From the NCBI GenBank assembly GCA_965287045.1, contig OZ336876.1:26102001-26166000 (forward strand): 64,000 nucleotides of DNA, in the 5' to 3' direction. Positions 13,047 through 26,754 of this stretch are shown here, piece by piece. The stretch is from Carcharhinus amblyrhynchos (lineage: Eukaryota). A program made the translations under genes and the position numbers. The notes under the pieces were generated by a model. It did not search any database. It was not told the origin of the DNA and saw only the letters and a list, made by a program, of their open reading frames with translations. Position 1 is the first letter of the stretch; each line of letters opens with the position of its first letter.

Positions 13047-13283
13047 TAATCATAGAATCAGTGCAGAAGGAGGCTATTTGGCCCATTGAGTCTGCACCGA
13101 TAAGAATCCCACCTAAGCCTATTCCTCCAACCACACGTACTTACCTGTACGTACTCCAGAAGGAAACCAGAGCAGCCAGAGAAACCCGTGCAGACACAGA
13201 GAATGTGCAAATTCCACACAGACAGTCAACTGAGGCCAGCACTGTGCGCCAACAGTGCTAACCACTGTGCTACCGTGCCGCCC
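13047..13283 (-). mobile_element. HE1-type SINE with internal deletions
   Basis: Head GGGCGGCACGGTAGCACAGTGGTTAGCACTG and tail GATTCTATGATT on the minus strand. Confidence 0.85.
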
Positions 13284-14024
13284 ACGGTAATAAAGGCTAA
13301 TAATGAGCAAAATCTATCAGGTTCTTCATCCCGGATTATTGTTTAGTGATGGTTGCTGGAAAGTATACATTTCTGCAATAGAGAGAAGCAGACCATGTTC
13401 ATGAGCACAAAGCTGTGTTTGTACATTATGATATAATTTGTAATGAAGTACCAATATCAAGTTATGATTTTGTATTTCCTGTCTGATAATTTTTATATAT
13501 TGACAATTCCCTGTGTGAACAAGACTTTGACTAAGATTTAACACTTTGAAGCAATCTATTTATTACTGACTTTCTCTCTTCCAACACGTGATTTTAGTTC
13601 CACTGAGTCCATCGTTCATATAGATAGCAGTGCATTCTCATACATTTTAATTACTCTCCACATTTATCCTATCAACCCTCTCAGTGGCTTAAGCACCTCT
13701 TTCACGTCAACTCTCAGGCTTCCCTTTTCTGCAGAGTGATCCCCATCCTCTCGTAGGTTTCCTGTTAGTTAAAACCTATCAGCTCTTTTATCATCTTTGT
13801 GAATCTTTTTTACACCTTCACCAATTTTTTCAATCCCCCTTTTATAATGTGCAGAACGGAACTCTTCACAGTGTGGTCGAACCAAGGTTTTCCACGAGGC
13901 ATTCCTGCTTTTCAGCCTGGCCCCTAGAAATGAGCCCTATTAGTTGGTTTGTCTTTTTATGATTTTATTGAACTGTATTGCAGTTTTTAGTGATTTGTCT
14001 ATCTATAATCCATTGATCCCTTCT

Positions 14025-14288
14025 ACAGTGCATTGTGGTTAGCACTGTTGCCTCACAGTGCCAGGGACCCAGGTTCAATTCCCAGCTTGGGTCACTGTCT
14101 GTGTGGAGTTTGCACACTCTCCCCGTATCTGTGTGGGTTTCCTCCAGGTGTCCTTCCACAGTCTAAAAGACGTGTTGGTTAGGTGCATTGACCTGAACAG
14201 TGCCAGAGTGTGGCAACGAGAGGAATTTGACAGTAACTTCATTTCAATATTAATGTAAGCCTTACTTGTGACTAATACATAAACTTAA
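14025..14288 (+). mobile_element. V-SINE with HE1-like head and an alternative 3' tail
   Basis: HE1 head and V domain followed by CAGTAACTTCATT...TTAATGTAAGCCTTACTTGTGACTAATACATAAACTT instead of the CR1 tail. Confidence 0.82.
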
Positions 14289-17200
14289 ATTTGTTCACAG
14301 CTCCACTTAGACTTTTACTGTCCAAGCTTCATATTCTTCATACCAAAATGCACAACTTGCCAAAACTTATGCTACACTTAACAGTATTGAAAATTATTCT
14401 CCAATTAAATGTCATTCTGCCAATTTATTAATGCATGCTTGTCACATTCTTCCTTTGTATGAACTATAGCAACAACCCCCATCTTTCACCACCGCCCCTG
14501 CCAGCACCGCCACCAGTTTGGTTGAACAGTGTTAGTACTATATTTGTTGGTTTGGCTTCCATTTACTATCAACACTAATCATCAAGTTTAGGATGTTTGT
14601 GTTTTCCAGTGTCAGTCATTCATTTACTGGTTGTGTTGAGTACTTTCTCACTGTTCCTGCATGTCTACATGACAAGGGAGCTGACTTTCTCAAAATTCTC
14701 ATATTAACTTTTACCTTTTCACACTACAATGGTTTGGAAACCCATTATTTGACTACTAAGACAATTTGTATCACTATGAGACTCATGAAGATGAAGTGCA
14801 GAAAAACAAATGGAGATGATCAAAATAAGAAGATTTATTGCAGCCAACCAGGACATAAATGTAACTTGTAGCATGAAACAATTGCATTTCCAAAGATTTT
14901 TAATGCATTTATCAGTCTGCAATAACCCGTCAGGTAATTCAAATAGTGTAGGCTATAACATAAAAGCTACTCTTTTTAAACAGTGGGATAGTATAAAGAG
15001 CTTATATGCTGTTTATTCCATCTATCTGTTCTAAACCTGCAGATTATTCAGTTCTGTGTTAGGCTATACAAGATATACAAGTTAGGCAGAGAGTTGATTC
15101 TGTCCAAATTATGAACACCTCTTTTAAAACATTTCAAGAGATTTGTACTCGAACTGTTGCTGCTGAAGTGTCATATTGCTTTTAGATTATTAAGAAAAGT
15201 AAGGGATGTTGTATTTAAAAAGTGCATAGCCTTCATCAATTTAGAGATCAGGAAAACTTTTTTTTTGCAGCAGGAGAGAGGGTATATGAAAAAATTGTGA
15301 AATTGACTTGGAGTTAATAAGCGTAATTATAAAATGCTGGATCAGTCACTGCTGTTCAGAAATCAAGTGAAGAGTTGTCAAGATAGTTAACAAGACTGTT
15401 TGATTTCTTCACAGGAGCTGGGGATAACTAAGGGATCATAGGTGGTTTGGGAGGGAGGGCATGATCGAACAATACCATGAGGCCTCTGGATGGAGCAAGT
15501 TTTAATGGCTGAATAAAGTTTTCTTCCTTTGGATTTTCTTCTGCTCTGATGAGAATGCAAATTTTAGAGATGGTACACTTCAGTGGTAAATTTAACAATG
15601 GTGAGGATATTACAGATATCAAAACTGTGCCAATGACAAAAGAATTTAGTTATAACTTGACAGAACATCAATGCATAAGAACAAGTGAAGAAACATGTAA
15701 ACTTTGTGAATAGTGGAGTTAAAAGAGTTCATTTGTTTTCATCATGATACTTAGATGAGGAAGCCTTAAAGATCCTGTTTCTTCTCAGCAAAGCCTCGGA
15801 AAATCTGATTGGAATTTTTATTATTGGGATCTGTAGTGTTCTGCATGCCATTCGAAGTCTGGCTTCTCTGTTCCAGACCTGTGTTTAAGCCTCAATGTCT
15901 GTGTCTAACTGCTGAGCTTTTGAAACCATCTGCAGCAGGCAAAGATAATAAGAGTCTATAATGAATAAAAATGCATTGTTGAAAGTATTTCTGAGCACCA
16001 AGGTATAGTAATTATTTAAATCTTTTAAAATGAATTTGAAGAATTATTTGACCATCATATCATAGTTCTCGGGAACATCTCAAGAAAATATATATATAAT
16101 AAATTACTGGGAAGTATCATGCCTGTTGTTAAGATACCCTGCCTTTTTATTATCTTACTGTAAAGGCAGAATGTTGGTCATAAAATAATTTTTAAGTTCT
16201 GCAGGATGTTAGTGTAAAACACAACCCTTTGAATTGTCATTGGAAGTTGTTCTATTCCAGTTCTGGGAAAACTGAATCTTTGTGTGAATACGAGATTAAC
16301 TTTTCATGGATTGCACATTTGAACAGGGAAGCATTGGGTTTGTTTAGGCATCGTGGTTATTGGATATCTGTGCACAAATAAAGTTAAGGTATGGATTTAC
16401 TCAGTTGCTATTGACTGTTTGTGCGTTGATCATTCAGTGAGCTTCACAAGCTAGATTAGATGAGGAAGCAGCGGATGTTAGGTGAATTGATATTATACTG
16501 TCATTTCATAAGAGAATTATTAGTTCACATTGAAGTCACATAAAATTTTGAAAAACATGTGTTGTACTCTTGAGATCTAACATATTTTGGTGAAAGGAAA
16601 TATGAATGGTTAAAGGTAAGATGCTCTAATATATAATACAGGTACAACATCTGAAATGGTTATCTGAAAACAGGTCATTTTTATAAACTGTCATGCATTA
16701 ATCAATTCTAGTTATTATTAACTGAGTCAAATAATTTACCAGGGCAGTTTGGCTGAGTGGTGCACTGGCAAAGTGGTACACTGGACTAATATTCAGCTTT
16801 GCACACTGTCCTTTTGCTGCGTTTTGAGTGGTTTCAATGATACTGGACTGAATCCGACTCAGCTCACCCCAAACCTGCTAATTGAATTAAGATTCTGATT
16901 TTTTTTTGTTTCCAAATATTGGCAAGAGCAGAAATCCAGCACGGACTCATTCCCAGGGTTGCCAGTTTTAAGACACTATACGTGTAACAAAGAGTTATTA
17001 CATGTTGTTTGTCCTTAACTAAATTATATTTATAATTATTGAGCTGTGGCTGTAAGCTGAGCAATAAGTGATTCTGATCTCCTGACAAGGATTTGAGCAG
17101 AGTTCAGAAGTTGTTGGTTCGAAACTGGCAGCGGAGGACGATTCTCTTTTCCTCTTTTGTCAATTTCACTGCACGAGAACAGATTATATTGTAAGGCATA

Positions 17201-17380
17201 TCAATGAGGATAGATATTGTCTTCTGTTTAGTAAGATAACTCCACCTCACAACCATGAGGGCATTTCCTTCTGCCACCAACTTTCCCAGCCCAAACCAAA
17301 ATTTTCGGGATGTTCAGAACTTGATTTAAAAGTTAAAAACTATATTCAGCTAATAAGAATATGAGGTAAGAATCAAAAGC

Positions 17381-17536
17381 TAAAAATCTGAAGAAAAGCA
17401 GGAAATGCTGGAAACACAGAAGATGTTTCAGGTCATTGGTCAGACAAGCCAGCAACGTGGAATGTTAACCTTTCCTTCTGCTCTCCGTGGATGCTGTCTA
17501 ACCTGCTGAGCATTTCCAATTTTTTTTCTGTTTTTA
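17381..17536. mobile_element. Older Penelope family A-like remnant with inverted ends
   Basis: GCAGGAAATGCTGGAAA ... GATGCTGTCTAACCTGCTGAGCATTTCCA resembles the family A terminus in both orientations. Confidence 0.65.
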
Positions 17537-18692
17537 CTTAACTTAAATAAATTTGACCTCACAGTTTTGTGGTAATTAGCATCTCTTCATTATTTGGCTA
17601 GCAATTTGATTTCAAGCTCATTTCTCTGCCTCAGTAACATGGTGTGGGCATCCCCTTGCTTTGAGAGCAAAAGGCTTCCTGTGAGGATTAAGCTCAATGT
17701 AAATAAAAGCCACACGTTATTAAAGCTAAATAGGTGCTACAATGTCAGAATATTGGCACAGAGCCTAAGTTGTAGCATTTGTCTTTGAGTTGGAGTGCTT
17801 ATTGTCAACAAGGATTTAACATCAGATATATGGTGTTATATCCTGTCATCTAGTGAAATGTTATTGCTAACATATGATCTATGTGATTAATTTGTGGAGC
17901 AAACAACTTGACATGCTGATAGTACATTGGTTACAAAAATGGATCACAACACGAGACTGCAAGCTGCAAATCACAAATTGGAGTCAACAAAGTAAAGCAA
18001 TTCTTCAGTGACTTAAGATTTTTGTTTGCTTGAGAAAAATCTATATCATTGAATGAAATAAAGATTGACTTGCTGCCTTATATTAAGAATAAAGTATTTC
18101 AAAAGTGCCTACTCATCACTACCCAGCACGGCATGAAGCCATTTGTACAAGAAATGCATTTTTAAAGAAGCTGGCTACTCAGGGTCAAAAGTACTCAGTC
18201 AAAATCATGGCCAAATTGCATGGCACCAAGATATTTCCAAAAATGCATTGATCGTATTGTTAAAAGTAGGAAATATGTACCATTTTCCATCAAGCAGTAG
18301 GCAGGGAAACAACACACTGTTGTTGCTAATCTGTGAGTATCAGCAGATTTTATATCTTTTTTTGTTTTATGGCAATCACATTATTAGTCATTATTTACAA
18401 AACATAATTCTTGCCTCTAACTCAAATGTATCTCCGTATCTTGGACGCAGTAGTACAGATGCCAATAGATGTTCATTAAGCATAGTATACAGCCCTGGAA
18501 GCAAAGACCATGAGAGCAGCAAAAATTCATTTAAATACATATGAAAATGCTCTTGCATCACATCACTTCACAATTAATAGATATTTCACTTCAACTTATT
18601 TTGGTTTGAGGGCCATTATGTGAACGTTAAATTTGTGCTTGGCATTAACTTCCATGTGCTGAATGGTCTCCTCGTGTGCTGTGATGATTCTT

Positions 18693-19678
18693 TGGAGGCA
18701 ATTTCGAGTCCACGTTCTCTGTGGGAATGGCAGCGTGTGCTCAAAATCCAGAAAGTGCAATTCGCACCAGTGAATTTCTGAATTCTCACCTCACTCGCTC
18801 CTTGTCGATTGAGTGTTGTGAAACATGCCACAGGACCGCAGATGGCTCATTTTAATACATTAGCATGTCATTAGCGAGCTCACTCTCCAGGAGTTCCTCT
18901 CTCACTGGATATTCAGCAGGCATCAGTGTGCCATCACACTGGCACCAGTTACAACGATTTACACAGATGTGAACTTCTCATTGGGGGCTCCCTAGGCTCG
19001 TAAAGGGAAGTATAGCCCCTGGGGTGGGGGAGGGGGGGGCGCGGGTGGGCGGGTGACATTGTCAGGCAGTGGCCTGGTAATGCCTATGTGTACAGGTTGG
19101 GAGCCTCATGGAGAGAGAGTGTGGATTCATTTAGATGTGGTGGTGGCCCAGAGTGGACAGAGGAGCAAAGGATGCCAGCAATTGCCATTTTGGGGGAGTG
19201 GTGATGCCAGCTCAGACTGTGTCGGGTGGTAGGGAGAAGGTATGAAGGTGCCAATGATCGGTGTTGCAGAGAGAAAGAATGGGCTGATGATCGGGTGAAT
19301 GTGGGGGGCTGAGAAAGGGCCAATGATCGGCAGTGAGGGAGGGGAGAAGGGGCCAATGATCAGGGGGAAGGGTGTAGAAGAGAAATGCCGACTCCAATCA
19401 GAGGTGGGGAGGATGGTCACTGAGATCTCCATAGGGGGATGCTTACTCAGGTTCTGATTGGGGCCACCTTTAAAGATGGCACTCTGATCTCTGAGCAACC
19501 GGGTTTTGCTGGCATGTTGAAGCCCCGCCCCCATGTATGACAGCGTGAAACACATCACCTTAATTTTTTTTGGCAGTATTTTGTAAGATCTAAAGAGAAA
19601 ACTGACTAGTTTCTCTGGCGATGAAGGTGCTGGTTTTCTCATCGGAAACAGCACTCTGCCATTTTTTGCTAAAATTCA
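18693..19678. mobile_element. Harbinger-like non-autonomous element (related subfamily)
   Basis: G-rich interior with repeated GCCAATGATCGG; right 200 bp homologous to 11390-11588. Confidence 0.62.
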
Positions 19679-19987
19679 ATGTAAAAGTTTCCTCTTATAA
19701 GAAATGTTATTATTTGGGGTTATCACTGTCCTGAGATGAAAAATACCACCTGAAGGTGAAGTGAACATGGTCTGTGTGTGCAGTTCCTTGAAGAGGTTAA
19801 GTGATAGGATTTAATGAAGGATTGGATTGAAAATTGAGTGGAAGCAAAAACCTTAATGTCTTACAGTGAAAACATGCTCTGTTTAGAATAGATGTTTTCT
19901 ACATCATGTAAAATGAAACTTTAAGCAGCAATTTTATAATTTAGCCATAATACCTGGCTGGGACAGGAATGGTGCGATTATAAACAT

Positions 19988-20212
19988 ACCATTCAAGTCC
20001 TTAGTGGCTGGAACAAACTGCCAGAGGCAGTAGTAGAGGCGGGTACAATGTTGTAATTTAAAAAGCAGTTGGACAGTTACATGGGTAAGATGGATATGAA
20101 AGAGATATAAGCCAAATGTGGGCAAATGGGACTCGCTTAGTGGCTTAAAAAAAAGGGCAGTATGGACGTTGGGCCGAAAGGCCTATTTCCTTGCTGCAAA
20201 CCTCTATGACTT
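19988..20212 (+). mobile_element. CR1/HER1 3' end
   Basis: TGGAACAAACTGCCAGAGGCAGTAGTAGAGGCGGGTACA...GGGCCGAAAGGCCT...CTCTATGACT. Confidence 0.8.
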
Positions 20213-22380
20213 TAATAAGTTGTGAAGAGCACATTGCTATCTATGGGCAAACTAAGGCCAAAATGTTGCCTGAAGAAACCTGCGCTGCTTCAACTCCTGT
20301 ACAAGGTTAAATCATGGTTGGTTTGGCAAAAATGCCACATTTCCAATAAAATGATCAGAAGTGAAGATTGTCCTCCTGATTGTAATATGTACACTATGTT
20401 AAGAGACAAGCTCCTTGGGGAAATTTGGGCCAGTCTTGAATGGGTTACTACTGTTTTGTAGTGTAAAACAGTATTGCCAATTCAATGGAGAATGATTTTT
20501 GTGTTTCCTACCCAGCACATTACTCCCAGTATTTAATACTTGTTGAATGAACATAGTCTGTCATTACCTACCAAGCTGAGACAGCTACCTCACCATCTGC
20601 AACAGACAGATATTAGATTACAGATTGACTTAGTGACAGCAGAACTCTGTGCAAAGTGTTGTTCCTCCAGCGGCTCATTTTAATGTAGACAAGAACTTTG
20701 GTTTCGCAGGATTAAAAGAATTCCATGCATGCATTTGAAAAGTTCGCAGGTGGTTTAACTGGGACCATCTGGGAAGTAACGTGAGACAACTTCCTGAAGG
20801 GAGTATCACAGCAATTGGGTTTCTGCTACCCAGATTACATTGCCACTGAAACTACTTTGCAGCAGGAGCAATAATATCTAACAGAGCTGTAGAATTGAAC
20901 CCAACGATGTTACTTAAATGATTGTAGTATACAAACAAATGGATTGTTCAGGAGTTAAGGTTGGATGATGTGATGCATATGTTTTCAACCTGGGATCCAG
21001 AGGACCATTTGGGATCTGAAGTGGTCATCATATTTCAGTCCATCTGAGGCCAGACATACATTAATTAGTACCTCTAGAATTTTGTATGCAATTCTGATGT
21101 CTGATGTCAAAAAAGGAAGGAATGATTCCATTTGACAGGAACACTTTTTGCATTACTGTTGCTGCTGCTCTAATCCTGCATTTGCGTTGTAATGCAAATG
21201 CAAGAACCAGGCATTTTAGGAGCATGGATTTTCTGCGCATTGACTATGAATGAATGAATGGGTGGGAATCTCATTGTGTCGTCACTGCATAAAATAATTC
21301 AAATCTAAACTGTTACAGCCGCAAAAGTTCCACCTACTGTGTTCAGTTTGTGCCATTTACGTCATACTTTTTGAGGCTCGCTCCTTGTTTCTTTATCTAA
21401 TGCCTCGCTGGAAAAGATCAGTAATTCTGACCTTCTCTGTATCTGATTTCTTGGGCATATATGGATGAAAATCCCAAACTGAGTTGGAGTTAAAAAAAGA
21501 CTGGCTCAATTGAAGAAAACTTCTGAACTGTTACAAGTTGGACTGCACTATTGATCTCAAACAGAAAGGCATTCATTTCTGGGCCATTTTGAAAATCTCA
21601 ACAGTTTTAGGGGTCATGGAACTGACCTCAACATTGTTGAAGATGAAAAGATGAGCATTGAATCCGTTTTACTTATGAAATAATTCCCCAACAAAACACT
21701 GTATTTGTTGAAGAATCTGGTCCCTCCAGACTGAAATGCATAGACCATTAACAAAGTGCTCTATGTGAAACAGTCTGGATCTTTATTCCGAAAATCCTTC
21801 GGTTTCCGGTGAAGCCGTGGATTATGAGGGAAGCCTGCCAAAGAGGTTAGGTTTTATGCTGGCAGGCATGTTTGAGTTTTTCTGAGTCGATTGACTGATC
21901 TGCTTACAATTATGAGCTGCTCAATGGTGTGAAATAGACCTCGCAAGATCAGGATTTTGAGGCTCAATTGAAGACTTATGTGGCTGACAAACTGATGAGA
22001 TAAAATAACTTATTAGGATGGAGGGATGTTTAGATCTCTAGACAAGATCATCAGGTGTGAGCTTCATCCTGCTGCTTATTAAAGACAAAATAACCATCGA
22101 CCAATCCACTCAGAAAAGCTCAAACATGCCTGCTTATTAAAGACAAAATGCCATGAGCAAGCGATTAAATTTGCATTTCCTATGAAGTTAGGAATCGGCC
22201 TGTTTTGCTCATTTATTCTGTTTTGGTTTATGAGCAGGCATTTTACCTTTCCTCTTTGAAGAAGCTGACTTTGCTAAAATTCCACAGCAACATTTATTCT
22301 TCAGTGATTTTCCTCCTTGTTCTCGTGTTTGAGTGTTGGAAAGCTGTGGGACGAAGTATCTTCATGACAATACCTAAGAT

Positions 22381-22545
22381 AAAGGTAATATACTGTGGAT
22401 GTTGGAATCTGAAACAAAACAGAAAATGCTGGAAAATCTTAGCAGGTCTGACAGCATTTGTGGAGAGAGAACAGAGCCAATGTTTTAAGTCGGGATGATC
22501 CTTCATCAGAGTTGCTCTGAGATTTTCCAGCATTTTTTGTTTTTA
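22381..22545 (-). mobile_element. Short Penelope family A remnant with inverted end and canonical CUGAUGA core
   Basis: Same pseudo-LTR sequence; minus strand reads CTGATGA-A-GGATC-ATCCC-GACTT-AAAAC (core 22509-22503); short inverted copy GAGATTTTCCAGCATTTT at the right end. Confidence 0.8.
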
Positions 22546-23109
22546 TAACTGAACCTAACCTTTGTACTATGTGACACCTCCACAAAAAGAGTTTGCATCA
22601 TGGGTCTCTCTCTCTCTCTTTAGCAATTAGCAACCCTGGGCCCAGGTGCCGCGTCAGCTTTCCAGCTAGGGTGGGCAATGAGCAAGATATTCTTCGGTAA
22701 ACCAGTACTGAGGAAGTTGATGGGCAAGTTCAGTCGAACAGTGGCACTTTCAAACAAACTTCTCATTGAAAAACCACCTGTTTTCTTGCTTGATATTTCC
22801 GAGTGCAACAAAATGTCCCACACTTCACCAGTTCACCAATTTAAAATCCACCTTCTGACTGGAAATACCCATTGTTGGAACCCAGTGTGCAAATGAAAAT
22901 AGGCAATACTTTTAAATGGAGGTTGGCCTTACCATTTTGCATTCCACAGTCAAATTAGAGGGGAATAGAGGATTCTGGGATCTTGTGACAGACCGAGCCT
23001 TAGCTCACTATTTTTAGACATAGAGCAGATATATCATTTAAACAAAACTTTGCTGTCTTCAATCATTGGTATCATAATAGAGTTGCCACCTCTGGCTCAA
23101 TATATTGCA

Positions 23110-23302
23110 AGAAGTCTCACAACACCAGGTTACAGTGCAAAGGGTTTATTTGGTAGCAAAATCATTAGCTTTCAGGGTGTTGCTCCTTCATCAGGTAATT
23201 GGGAGTGGCTTGTGCTACTAAATAAACCTGTTGGACTTTAACCTGATGTTGTGAGCCTTCTTATTGTGTTTACCCCAGTCCAATGCCGGTATCTCCGCAT
23301 CA
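23110..23302. mobile_element. Penelope-like family B short element: long inverted arms around a hammerhead core
   Basis: Arms AGAAGTCTCACAACACCAGGTTA...GTTTATTTGGTAGCA / TGCTACTAAATAAAC...TAACCTGATGTTGTGAGCCTTCT. Minus strand CTGATGA...GAAAGCTA at 23194-23166. 13-bp TSD TCAATATATTGCA (23097-23109) / TCAACATATTGCA (23303-23315). Confidence 0.78.
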
Positions 23303-23544
23303 TCAACATATTGCAGCAGGTGTCATCACATGAGCTACCCTTAACTGCTCCTCCTCACAGAGTCCTGCCCTTGGTCACCCAATGTGTCAGTCATCATGGA
23401 ACCCTGCCTTCCCATGGTTTTTCAAAGTCTACCAGTTTTGACTTTTTGAAGATCTGGCCACACTACACCCAGGGTTCTGAACCCAACTGCTATCCCAGTT
23501 CACTATAATTTAGTCAGAACAGACTGAAGGCAGTGAGTATTGAG

Positions 23545-24208
23545 TCATAGAGATGTGCTGCACAAGGAAGGCCCATCATGTCTGTGCCAATCAAACACAA
23601 ACCACCTAACTATTCTAATTCCATTTCCTAGCACTTGGCCCATGGTACAGCAAGCACAGATCTAAATATTTAAATGTTATGAAGGTCTCTGCCCCCACCA
23701 CCCAATTAGGCAGTGAGTTCCAGACTCCTACCATTCTTTAGGTAAAAAGGTATTTCCTCACATCCCCTCAAAACTTCCTACCCCTTCCCTTAAACTTATG
23801 CCCCCTAGTAATCCTTCAAAAAGGGGAAGGATTTTTTCTGTCTGCTCTAACTACGCACCTCATAATTTTATAAATCTCAATCATCTCCTCTTTCAATCTC
23901 TCTACTCCAAGGAAAACAGCCCAGTCTATCCATTTGCTCTTCATAATACAAACTCTCCAACACAGCCAATATCCCAGTAAATGTCCTCTGCATCTTTTCC
24001 AATGCTATCATATCCCTCCAATAATGTGGATTCCAGAACTGCACAATATACTCTTGCTGTGGCCTAACCAATGTTTTATATAGTTCCAACATAACTTCTC
24101 TTAAACTTTATGGCTCGGCTAGTAAAGACAAGCATACCAAATGCCTTCTTAGCCACTGCATTCATCCTTCCTGCTACTTCAAGAGGCTGGTATAAATGCA
24201 CACCAAGG
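23545..24208 (-). mobile_element. CR1 3' fragment
   Basis: MLELYKTLVRPQQEYIVQFWNPHYWRDMIALEKMQRTFT on the minus strand. Confidence 0.85.
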
Positions 24209-24209
24209 T

Positions 24210-25850
24210 ATCCAAGTTTGCTGATAGTACAAATCTAGGTGGAAGGAGTAAGCAAAGGCCTTTGAATCAGTTCAGGGTATAGAAAAGAAAGTGCTAGATG
24301 AAATATAATGTGGAGAAATGCAAAGTGATTTGGTTTGATTTAAAAGAAAGCTTTTTTTCTTAAAAGATGAGACTTTTTTTGTGGGTGGGGACCTGACTGC
24401 TCTTGAATACTAATTGCATACAGGTAACATGCAAGTACAGCGAACAATAAGGAAAGCAAATAATATGTCAGCCACTTATTACAAATGCAACAGTATAAGA
24501 GTAAAGAAGTCTTATGGCAATAATAGGGTTTTGGTGAGATCATACCAGTAGAGAAGCAAAATATTGGGGATGCTAGAAATCTGAAATAAAAACGGAAAAT
24601 GCTGGAAATATTCAGCAGGTTGGGCAGCGTCTGTGGAGAGAGAAAGAAAGTTAATGCTTCAGATCAATAGAATTTCATCAAAACTTGGAAAAGTGAGAGA
24701 TGAAATAGGTTTTGAGCAAGGAGTAAGTGGAACAAGGACAGAAAGGGCTATAGGGTAGAAGGCAGGAGAGATTCACTTACAGAAGAACTTGTTTTACAAG
24801 GCCAAAGTGCTGGGTCAAGAAAAAAAAACAAAAGATGTGTCTCGAGCAGGTGTGCTGATGATTGAGGGAAAAAATGAGAGAAAAACTGAAACATGCAATA
24901 AAAGGAAACAAAATAAGGGGACAGAATTTCCCATTTACAATTGTTGAACAATAGGTTAAATCTTAAGTTGAAAAGAATGAGAAGATGACTTCATTGAAAC
25001 ACAAAATTCTTAAGGGGTTACAGGGGGCATATTTCCATTGCTGGGAAATCTATAACTCAGAGTCACTGTCTCAGAATAAGGGGTTGACAATTAGGACTGA
25101 GATTAAAATTTTTTTTTGTTAGAAGGTTTTGAAACTTTGGTATTCTGTACTGCAGATTGGATGCTCTGTTGTTAAGCATGTTAACTAATAACCTTATAGT
25201 AAAGAATTCTCTAGGTAATCATGATCAGAACATAATAGAATTTCATATTCAATTTGAGGGTGAGAAATTTGGGTCTGAAACTCGCATCTGACATTTTAAA
25301 AAAGATAATTGCAAGGAGATGAAAACAAAGTTGCTAAAATGAAATGGAAAATAGGTTACAAGATGAGACAATAAAGAGGGAGTGACTGGTATTTAAGAAG
25401 ATATTTCATAACTCTCAACAAAGATGTCTTCCATCGAGAATAAAGATTCCACAAGAAGGATGCACCATCGATGGGTAACAGGATGGCACCAAATTGAAAG
25501 AAAACTCTGCAAAGATTAGTGGTAGCCCAGAGATTGGGAATATTTCAGAAACCAGCAAATGATGACTTCAGAAAATATAAAAAATGGAGAATTGAAGGAT
25601 GAGAGAAAACGAACAAGAAACATAAAAATGGACAATAAAACTTCCTGCACACATATAAAAAGGACAAGTGAAGCTAAAGTGAGCATTTATCACTTAGAGA
25701 GTAAGACTGGGGAATTAATACTTAAAAATAAGGAAATAGAGAAAGCTTTGAACAAGTCCTTTATATTTGTCTTCATAGAAGACATAAAAAGCATCCCAAG
25801 CATAGTAGAATAGGGGTGGCAAAGAGAGGGAAGAACTTAAAACAATCTGG
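24210..25850 (+). mobile_element. Scrambled decayed CR1 ORF2 pieces (interrupted by a Penelope fragment)
   Basis: TCCAAGTTTGCTGATAGTACAAA (SKFAD-TK), AATGTGGAGAAATGCAAAGTGAT (NVEKCKV), SDHN-like remnant at ~25220 and a lysine-rich linker. Confidence 0.7.
24555..24950 (-). mobile_element. Older Penelope family A 3' fragment inserted in a CR1
   Basis: GATGCTAGAAATCTGAAATAAAAACGGAAAATGCTGGAAATATTCAGCAGG terminus followed by a purine-rich tract like the reverse complement of 57600-58000. Confidence 0.65.
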
Positions 25851-26754
25851 TTTTATACTTCACCATCTGACTTCAGAATGAATTCATAAAGAGAGGGATA
25901 GCAGGAAGGAGAAGACCACCAATATGCTCCTGTCAACCCAAATGGTAAGGTGCATTGTCATAAGTAGTGAAAATTGCACAAAGACAAATTTGTTTTTGAA
26001 GCTTTTAACCAAACAACAACAACATCACAGTCAACCTAAACCTAAAATGCCATAGCTGTGTCCGGTTATGGAATCTCTCTTTCCTCTTTTGTAACTTCCT
26101 GCTCCCTGGCTCAGTGTCATTTGCAAACTTAGGGTATGTCTTTCTATTCCTTTATCCAAATATTTATAGATGTGTTTAGCTGATCCCCGTGGAACATCAG
26201 TTGTCACAGACTAATAATATAGTCTGTAATGTAACAGACTAACAAAAGAATGTTTTCTACTACTCTGCCTTCTACCACTCTCCCAATTACCAACTCACGT
26301 CAGAAGATTGCCTCCAGTTCCATGCACTTTCATTCTGTGAGTAATCATTTGTACAGAACCTGACTAAATGCCATAAACAGCATCCAAAGGCACTTCCATG
26401 TCCTCAAGAAAATGAACTAAATTTGTCAAACAACTTATATTCTATGTGTTCTTTCTGTCCACAATGTGGCCTAATTGAACTGCTATTTGGATTGATTATT
26501 GAAAATCACATTCAGTTATTATGAAGAGAGTGTGCCAGCTGGAATGTTATTGTTCATCTAATAACAATTGTAAGATGATGCTAAAAAATGCTATGTTGTT
26601 TCTTATTAGTAGCCTTCGATCCAGAATGTGATTGTGGTTTCAGCGAAGCCTATTAGTGTAATATCGAAATTTAACGAAGCAATGTACCACATCATAGACA
26701 CGTGGTAGAAATATTTGAAATTTCTTGAATTTACTTACTTTGAATTACTTACTT

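Noticed and set aside
19127-19654. 175-aa proline-rich ORF and similar GC-rich ORFs at 6831-8161, 52264-52868, 59120-59749, 61074-61409
   Set aside because: They arise from low-complexity G/C-skewed interiors of non-autonomous elements; no transposase or other motifs.
22072-22149. 20-bp direct repeat CTGCTTATTAAAGACAAAAT with 38-bp spacer, superficially CRISPR-like
   Set aside because: Only two units, vertebrate DNA, no cas genes; a simple local duplication.
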